Source: Deltaproteobacteria bacterium
Lineage (GTDB): Bacteria; Myxococcota; Kuafuiibacteriia; Kuafuiibacteriales; Kuafuiibacteriaceae
DNA length: 64,000 nt
Reading direction: 5' to 3'
Assembly: GCA_040218735.1 (NCBI GenBank)
Contig: JAVJQW010000058.1
Location: forward strand, 1 to 64,000
A model generated the notes under the pieces. That model did no database searches, was not told the origin of the DNA, and saw nothing but the letters and a program-made list of their open reading frames with translations. This document shows positions 58,111 through 64,000 of the stretch, one piece after another. Every line of letters begins with the position of its first letter. The first letter of the stretch is position 1. A program made the translations under genes and the position numbers.

Positions 58111-58274
58111 GACCGGCCGGATCGCGATGTTGACGCACCCCCGCCTCGGGTGGCAGGCTCCGAGGTGGCTCTCAGCCCACCTGGTGCCCGGCACCTTCGG
58201 CAGGGGCGCGACGGCAATCGCATCCCCGGCCGGTCCAGTTACATTGTCGCCCGCCCGAGTCACTTCGAGCGGGC
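58111..58274. other. Putative structured RNA element in the leader of the zinc-ribbon gene
   Basis: Long imperfect stem 58111-58141 / 58203-58235 enclosing two hairpins; extra hairpin 58249-58274. Confidence 0.4.
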
Positions 58275-58418
58275 ACCCTTATCCAGGGCAAACCTACCCT
58301 ACGATCGTCGATTCAAGGCGAGCAAGGGCGAACGCCCCGAAAATCGTTTGCATCTAGTAGGTACGGCAACGCGGGTACCCCACGGGGTGTGGTGCACTCC
58401 TGATCTGACGACGGGTGT

Positions 58419-58583
58419 TCAGGCTCGTTTTGGGGCCGTCGTGAAGATCCACCGGAAGGGCTGATGCAGCACGAAGTGGCCGATCCACGGCAGCTTCAGG
58501 CGCGTAAACGCCCACCAGAGCCACTCAGGGCACCAGTCTCGCTTGTAGGCGACGGCTTCGTAATCGACGTCCTCGGGGTCCAT
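58419..58583 (-). CDS. Small Trp-rich hypothetical protein
   Basis: MDPEDVDY... 54 aa, co-oriented with the operon. Confidence 0.45.
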   Translation of the reverse strand: MDPEDVDYEAVAYKRDWCPEWLWWAFTRLKLPWIGHFVLHQPFRWIFTTAPKRA

Positions 58584-58615
58584 ATCTCTCACGCTGGGCC
58601 TACTTCGCGGCCCGG

Positions 58616-59128
58616 TCAAAAAACTGCCCCCGTAGCGACCATCTCGAGCGAGAACTTCCGTCCCGAGCGCCACCCGCCGAGGTGTTCGTGCAGTCGTTGT
58701 TGCGCGTCCACGGCGCGACCGACGCCGTCTTCGGTGAACTCGAGGCCGATCCCCACGCACGCGTCGAGCATCGAGGGACGGACCGGCACCTGGAACCCGA
58801 GGGCGGACCTGCCCACGTGGTGAATGAATGCGCCGCGGTGAGCCAGGTACTCGACAGGCACGAGCGTCTCGTCGTGAAGCTCGCACCGCGCCTCGAACAG
58901 GACCGCGTCACGCTCCTTCGACGTCATGCGCTCCATCGACATCAAGTAGTGACCGTCGGCGAGGATCCAGTCGTCCTTGTCGAGGGAACGGACCACCGGG
59001 AACTTCATCGAAGCGCCGCGCCCGTCCGCGATCAGGACACCGAGCTGCCCACGCGACTCACGGCGGTCGAAGAATTCGAAAGCAGGCGAGAGCCACTCGA
59101 TCCGCAGCGCGCCCTCAACCCGGGTCAC
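58616..59128 (-). CDS. Hypothetical phage protein
   Basis: GTG overlaps the holin-like gene stop (GTGA). Confidence 0.55.
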   Translation of the reverse strand: MTRVEGALRIEWLSPAFEFFDRRESRGQLGVLIADGRGASMKFPVVRSLDKDDWILADGHYLMSMERMTSKERDAVLFEARCELHDETLVPVEYLAHRGAFIHHVGRSALGFQVPVRPSMLDACVGIGLEFTEDGVGRAVDAQQRLHEHLGGWRSGRKFSLEMVATGAVF

Positions 59129-59394
59129 GCGGAGTCCTCGGGCTTCTCGGCGCGTTTGGACGGGAGCGCCGCCACGGTGTCGCGCGCGCCCTGACCGAAC
59201 ACCTGGACGCCGAACGCGGTGACGAGTCCGCCCGCGAGCCACTCCCAGACCGAGACCGGGATCCCGATGTTCGCGATCTTCTTCGCTACCGCGAGGAGGA
59301 TGACGAAGACGAAGATCGACTGCGCGCAGAGCACGGCACCGAAGAGTTTGCGACTCGGGATGTGGGTTGAGAGGTGCTTCACGAAGAACATCAT
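59125..59394 (-). CDS. Holin-like 2-TM membrane protein
   Basis: 89 aa; SRKL-TM1, TM2-GQGARD, charged tail; coupled start. Confidence 0.6.
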   Translation of the reverse strand: MMFFVKHLSTHIPSRKLFGAVLCAQSIFVFVILLAVAKKIANIGIPVSVWEWLAGGLVTAFGVQVFGQGARDTVAALPSKRAEKPEDSA

Positions 59395-59783
59395 CGCTCC
59401 CGCTTCCGAGAGAGTCGTTCGACCGACTTCTCGATGTTGCTGCTCTGGATGAGCAGGGTGTCGATCTTCCCTTCGAGCCGGGTGACGCGATCGCGCTCCT
59501 CGGCACCGGCGGCCTCGAGCTTCTCGACCCGCTTCACGAGCTCGTCGACCTTCTCGCGGTTGACGACGATCGACATGCGAGCCGTCGTCGCGGCCTCGGT
59601 GGTCGAGACGATGACGCCCACGCCTGTACCGATGACGCCGATGAGCGCGACGACGATCGCCCAGACGAGCCGCACGTGCCGTTTCGTTACGGGCAGGTCG
59701 TCGGTGACGGGCGCCGGGGGCGGCCCGCTGCGCGAAATCTCCTCGCGGATGATTGCTCTCGTCTTGCCGGTGTCGTTCGTCAT
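59391..59783 (-). CDS. Single-TM coiled-coil protein (phage lysis-region type)
   Basis: ATGA coupling on both sides; TM helix then RVEKLE...RLEGKIDTL coiled coil. Confidence 0.65.
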   Translation of the reverse strand: MTNDTGKTRAIIREEISRSGPPPAPVTDDLPVTKRHVRLVWAIVVALIGVIGTGVGVIVSTTEAATTARMSIVVNREKVDELVKRVEKLEAAGAEERDRVTRLEGKIDTLLIQSSNIEKSVERLSRKRER

Positions 59784-62044
59784 GGCTGGGAACTCGTGTA
59801 GGTAGGCGTGCCGTTCTCGGTGAGCGTGGCGTTCCAGCACTCGAACCCGTTGCCCCCGGACGCGGTGTCCTCGAAGTCGCAGTGCATCAGGAAGCACGGG
59901 TGGCCGAGGACGTACTCGCCGAAGTCGTCCTCGTCGACGACGCCGCCCCCGCCGGAGGCCGTTGCGCAGGCTGCCGAGTTGTCATCGCCCGATGCGCCGT
60001 GCGTCGAGCAGTAGACCTGGAGCGCCTCCGCCTCGGTCAACGCACACGAGAAGTACGAGACGGCATCGACGTCCGACTGGTGACCGCTCAGGCCGATAGA
60101 GATCGGCTGGTCCTCGTCGTTGAGCGACGTCGGGATCGTGCCGACCGTCGTGCCGTCGTTGAACGCGCCGTCCTCGAAGCAGTGCACGGTCTGCGTCGCG
60201 CCGTCGTAGCTGAAGCCGACCTGGTCCCACCCCGCGGTCATCGTCCCGCCGCAGTCCATCCCAGCGCCGCCGCCCGCCTCGAGGCCGATCGCCCAGTGCA
60301 CGGATCCGTTGTTGGCGTTGCCGGTGACGACGCCGAACCACCACTGCTCGGTCGAAGCCCCGCCCGATCCCCAGCGCGAGACGCCAGGCTCGAACAGGCC
60401 CGGGTTGCTGATCCAGTAGAGGACGGTGTGGCCGTCGAGATCGTCGAGCGCGCCACTCGAAACGGCGAGCGACAGGTTGCCCCCGGACGCGTTGAACTCG
60501 ACCGACTCCGCGGAAGCGAACGTCGCCGCGTCGGGAGACGAGCCCGCGTCGCTCGGCCCAGCATCGCTCACGCCCGAGTCGGCGGGGCCGGAGTCCGCGA
60601 CGCCGGAGTCGGACGGGCCGCTGTCTGCGACGCCGCTGTCGCTGGGGCCACTGTCCGACGCGCCCGAGTCGGGGACGCCGCCGTCTCGTGAGAGGGTGCT
60701 CGGGAACACCGCGCCGAGCGCGAACTCGGTGCACGTGTCCGTTCCGCAGTGATCGGTCCTCGCGGCGGCGACGTTGGTGCCCCCTTCATCGGGGCTCGTC
60801 GGGTCGACCGGCGTGTTCACGACGCCGGTGTCGCCAAAGGAGACCTCGTCGAAGTCGCCGATCGGGGCGGCGAAGTCGAAGGTGACGTCGCACGTCTGCT
60901 GAGGCGCCGGGCAGCTCGCCGGCGTGACCGCCGAGACAGCCCCACCCGGCGTGACGAGAACCCCCGCGAGGTAGAAGCACCACCCGTACGTCACGACGCC
61001 TGCGCACTCCTGCGCGACGACGTCCGTCGTGTTCAGCGCGATCGGGCTCGTCGGCGACGCGACGGCGCAAGTCCCGCGCGCGCGACAGGGGGCGAAGAAC
61101 GTCGCGGTGATGGTGTCCTCGTCGACGACGGTGACCGAGGTCGGCGTGAGCGGCCGGTAGTCGCCGGTGTCGACGACGACCTGGATGACGTGCGCGTAGA
61201 GCTCGCCGATCGCGTTCGCGCCGGTGACGTCGGGGTGGAGCTGGTCCGCCCCCGTTTCGACGAAGTAGAACTGGCCCGCGATCGCGACGTCCGGATCGCC
61301 GGTGCCCCACCCGGGGAAGTCGGGCGCGTAGGGATGCCGCGCGATGCCGCTGACCCCGTAGTACTGCGCGCCGCCGCCGTTCGGGATGAGGGCCAGACCC
61401 GTGTAGAGGCTGCTCCAGCCGGCCGTCGCGGAGCCGATCTCCGTGCTGATGTGGCTCTCGATCGCGGCCTGAAACGCTTCGACCTCGGCCTGGTACGTGG
61501 CGAAGCTGTCACCGTCGAGCGCGTTGGCGTAGCCGCCGCTGTTCTCGACAAGGACCACCGGGAGAATCGTCCGCCCTTGCGAGGCCGCCCATGCGGCCGC
61601 GGCGTCGAGGCCGTCGATGAGGATCCCCGAGTTGTATGCGTTGACCTCCTGCCCGCCGTTCGGGCTGGCGATCATGATCCATTCTTCGTCGCGGTCGGCG
61701 ACGATGCGGTGCACCGCGCGCGTCTGGAACCGAGGTCCGCCGTCGGGATCGTCACCGGCCGGGAACACGCCGCCGTCCGCGGCCTCCCACGCGCACACGC
61801 CGCCGTCCGCGCGAGAGCACCCGACGGCGGTGGTGAAGGTAGAGGGGCCGTACGTCGACAGCGGATCGAGGTAGCTCGCGCCGACGAACAGCGCGACGCG
61901 GAACACGGGCGGCGGCGCGGTCGCGGCGAGGCCTCCGAAGCGCCACCACTGGTAGCCCTCGGCGTTGTCGCTCAACCCAGGCGATGGCCCTGGCCCAGGT
62001 CCGACGCCGGCCAGCGCCGCGGCGAGAAGCACCGGCGCGAGCAT
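59780..62044 (-). CDS. Exported modular protein: SGNH/esterase-like domain, DSG repeat stalk, LamG/ConA-like domain
   Basis: Signal MLAPVLLAAALAG; DQLHPDVTGANAIGELY (SGNH block V-like); WDQVGFSYDG...HCFEDG...ISIG (LamG-like). Confidence 0.7.
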   Translation of the reverse strand: MLAPVLLAAALAGVGPGPGPSPGLSDNAEGYQWWRFGGLAATAPPPVFRVALFVGASYLDPLSTYGPSTFTTAVGCSRADGGVCAWEAADGGVFPAGDDPDGGPRFQTRAVHRIVADRDEEWIMIASPNGGQEVNAYNSGILIDGLDAAAAWAASQGRTILPVVLVENSGGYANALDGDSFATYQAEVEAFQAAIESHISTEIGSATAGWSSLYTGLALIPNGGGAQYYGVSGIARHPYAPDFPGWGTGDPDVAIAGQFYFVETGADQLHPDVTGANAIGELYAHVIQVVVDTGDYRPLTPTSVTVVDEDTITATFFAPCRARGTCAVASPTSPIALNTTDVVAQECAGVVTYGWCFYLAGVLVTPGGAVSAVTPASCPAPQQTCDVTFDFAAPIGDFDEVSFGDTGVVNTPVDPTSPDEGGTNVAAARTDHCGTDTCTEFALGAVFPSTLSRDGGVPDSGASDSGPSDSGVADSGPSDSGVADSGPADSGVSDAGPSDAGSSPDAATFASAESVEFNASGGNLSLAVSSGALDDLDGHTVLYWISNPGLFEPGVSRWGSGGASTEQWWFGVVTGNANNGSVHWAIGLEAGGGAGMDCGGTMTAGWDQVGFSYDGATQTVHCFEDGAFNDGTTVGTIPTSLNDEDQPISIGLSGHQSDVDAVSYFSCALTEAEALQVYCSTHGASGDDNSAACATASGGGGVVDEDDFGEYVLGHPCFLMHCDFEDTASGGNGFECWNATLTENGTPTYTSSQP
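60525..60685 (-). repeat. 15-bp degenerate coding repeat, about 10 x D(S/A/G)Gxx
   Basis: DGGVPDSGASDSGPSDSGVADSGPSDSGVADSGPADSGVSDAGPSDAG. Confidence 0.85.
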
Positions 62045-62713
62045 TCACCGGACTCCGGCGACCGAGACGCTCGTGTTGATGGTGTCGACCTGTCCGACCG
62101 GGTACGCGCACGCGAGCCGACGCAACTCGTCCGTCGTTCGCGTTGTGCCGGTGACGCAGGTGCCCGCGCCGATGGCGGTGCAGTCGCCGTTATCGGCGCA
62201 CGGCGGGTAGCGGTACTCGTCACCGAGCACGCGCACCGCGGTCGAACACAGCGTCGCGCGCGCACCGGGGCGCGAGTAGACGGCGTCGAAGTCGATCGCG
62301 ACGTAGAGGCGCTCACCGTTCGCAACGTTGATGCAGCTCCCCCGTCCGCTCGCAGCGGCGACGTCGGGGTCGGTGACGTAGCAGGCGCCGCTCGCGTCGA
62401 CCGCCAGCGGCATCGAGACGTCCGGATCCATCGTCAGCGTCCCCACCCACTCGCCCCCCTTCGACTTGAAGACGGCCATCGTGGTGAACGGGATGCAGAT
62501 GTTGAGCAGGCCGCCGCCGGTCGCTCCGTTGCTGTCGTAGGTCAGCGGCGCGGCGGTATCGGCGGAGCCGTAGACGGTGCGATCCCCGTCGCCCGGCGCC
62601 GGGACCTGCTGGTAGCCGACGCCCTTCGAGCTCGGCGGGCGCGCGGGACTGTCGGCCGAGAGCAGGACGAAGAAGACGAGAGCGAGGAGCCCGAGCAGGC
62701 GGGGGGTGTGCAT
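62045..62713 (-). CDS. Exported Cys-containing hypothetical protein
   Basis: Signal-like MHTPRLLGLLALVFFVLLSA; stop abuts the next start. Confidence 0.7.
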   Translation of the reverse strand: MHTPRLLGLLALVFFVLLSADSPARPPSSKGVGYQQVPAPGDGDRTVYGSADTAAPLTYDSNGATGGGLLNICIPFTTMAVFKSKGGEWVGTLTMDPDVSMPLAVDASGACYVTDPDVAAASGRGSCINVANGERLYVAIDFDAVYSRPGARATLCSTAVRVLGDEYRYPPCADNGDCTAIGAGTCVTGTTRTTDELRRLACAYPVGQVDTINTSVSVAGVR

Positions 62714-62758
62714 GTCCGCACGGTGCGCGCCCGCGGGGACGTTTCGGCCCGGGTGATC

Positions 62759-63307
62759 CTACTCAGCCACCGGCGCGGGAAGGTTCGCCGCGGGGATCGC
62801 GGCGTTCCGGACGCGAACCCGGCGAAGCGAAGCCGCGTTCGACGACCCTACGGTGTGGTCGATCTCCACGGTAACCCACTGCTCCCCCGTGCCCGTGTCT
62901 GCGGTCGCGATCGTCGAGTCGTCGGTGCTCTCGCCGCTCGCGGTGTGGCTGTGCACCACCGGCGTCGCGCCCCCGACCGTGATCCGAACCTCGCCCTCAT
63001 TCGACGCCGGCATGTCGCAGACCGAACGCACCTCGACCTCCTGCGCGTCGGGGTCGATGAACGTCAGGAAGCGGAGGCGCGTCACGAACCCCGAGCCGGT
63101 CAGGAAGCGGATCCAGAGCGTGCCGACTTCGGAGCCGTCGGATCCCCACCCGGAGGGCCCTGTCACCGCGCACACGTGCGACTGGGCGACGCCGAGGCCC
63201 GCGGCGTAGTTGAGGAGCTCCTCGACCGTCTCGAGGTCCTCCGCCGTGATGGGCACGCCGACGGCGAGGAGCCAGGGGTTGAGGGTCGTGCTGTTGGCGG
63301 TCGGCAT
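62759..63307 (-). CDS. Hypothetical beta-rich phage protein
   Basis: 182 aa, in a tight operon. Confidence 0.65.
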   Translation of the reverse strand: MPTANSTTLNPWLLAVGVPITAEDLETVEELLNYAAGLGVAQSHVCAVTGPSGWGSDGSEVGTLWIRFLTGSGFVTRLRFLTFIDPDAQEVEVRSVCDMPASNEGEVRITVGGATPVVHSHTASGESTDDSTIATADTGTGEQWVTVEIDHTVGSSNAASLRRVRVRNAAIPAANLPAPVAE

Positions 63308-63311
63308 CGGA

Positions 63312-63947
63312 TCACCCCACGGACGCCCAGAAGGCCTCGACGAGCAGCGGCGTGTACGCCTGGTTCGCCCCCGTCTCGTCCTGCGCGAACGCCTGCACGC
63401 GCACGCGCGCTTCGGCGGGGAGGCTGCCCGACACGTTCGACAGCACGACGAACGGCGCCGACGAGGAGTTGAGCGGATCGCCGGGGCCCACGAGCGTCAT
63501 GTTCACGAAGCGGTTGGTCCGCCCCCCGAGGGGGTTGGTCGTGGCAGTCTCGCGTTCGTCCTCCGTTCGATCACCCGTGTCGTTCGCGCCGCCCACGTCG
63601 ACGACGACGCGGTGATAGACGACCGCGGGCGAGGTGTTGTGGATGCGGTAGTGCGCGATCGCGTAGATGTGCGTCGCCTCCGCGAGGATCAACGCGCCAT
63701 CGAAGTCGCCAACGTCGACCCACGAGCTCGCGATGAACTGGTCGAGGTTGTCGCCGTAGGCGGAGGGCGCGCGCATGTACGCGCTGTAGGGCTGGTGCCC
63801 GATCAGCTTCCCCGCGTGCCGGATGTGCTGGTAGCCGCCGCGGAGTCCCTCCGCCGCCACCTCAGCCACCGTCGGCGACTCGGGGTGGTGATACGCCGGC
63901 GGGAGCAACGCCAGCGGCCCGAAGTATCGCTGTCCGTCGAGCGGCAC
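63312..63947 (-). CDS. Hypothetical phage protein
   Basis: 211 aa; gaps of 1 and 4 bp to its neighbours. Confidence 0.65.
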   Translation of the reverse strand: MPLDGQRYFGPLALLPPAYHHPESPTVAEVAAEGLRGGYQHIRHAGKLIGHQPYSAYMRAPSAYGDNLDQFIASSWVDVGDFDGALILAEATHIYAIAHYRIHNTSPAVVYHRVVVDVGGANDTGDRTEDERETATTNPLGGRTNRFVNMTLVGPGDPLNSSSAPFVVLSNVSGSLPAEARVRVQAFAQDETGANQAYTPLLVEAFWASVG

Positions 63948-63948
63948 G

Positions 63949-63999
63949 TCAGACCGTCCGCGCCTGCGAGTAGCTCATGAAGTTGAAGAGGGCCCACTC
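63949..63999 (-). CDS. 3' end of an upstream gene (partial)
   Basis: ...EWALFNFMSYSQARTV-stop, ending 1 bp before the next start. Confidence 0.45.
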   Translation of the reverse strand, partial: EWALFNFMSYSQARTV

Positions 64000-64000
64000 C

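Larger units (their letters stand above)
54829..64000. mobile_element. Probable prophage / integrative element end, inserted at tRNA-Ser(GCT); extends beyond the window
   Basis: Abrupt switch after the tRNA to small accessory genes, an XRE-peptidase module, holin-like genes and a coupled minus-strand operon of hypotheticals. No integrase or second att in the window. Confidence 0.7.

Noticed and set aside
58111-58235. Retron msr-msd
   Set aside because: Flanking inverted repeats exist, but there is no reverse transcriptase in the window.

Overview
Very GC-rich bacterial window, most consistent with Myxococcota (MYXO-CTERM protein, three Hanks-type Ser/Thr kinases, two sigma54 activators, many lipoproteins). 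Positions 1-54.5 kb are host chromosome: serC, fdxA, an RlmL-like methyltransferase, a DAACS symporter, mscS, nnrS, a pgrR/ycjY-like pair and a split phosphorelay. Two regions stand out. (i) 32.4-36.1 kb is a compact type III secretion 'late-gene' module: an SctI-like rod, a FliA/WhiG sigma factor, a possible anti-sigma, a TPR chaperone and an SctF-like filament protein. Both structural genes carry the same CGCAAC-N15-RCCGATAA sigma28-type promoter, and no export apparatus lies in the window. (ii) After two tRNA-Ser genes, a probable prophage or integrative element runs from about 54.83 kb to the window end. It has a ribbon-helix-helix gene reading through the presumed att site into the antisense tRNA, a RosmerTA-like pair, a structured leader before a tiny Zn-ribbon gene, holin-like genes and signal-peptide-bearing late genes. 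All assignments come from reading motifs by eye; no searches were run. Many start codons were trimmed from the ORF track and remain provisional.
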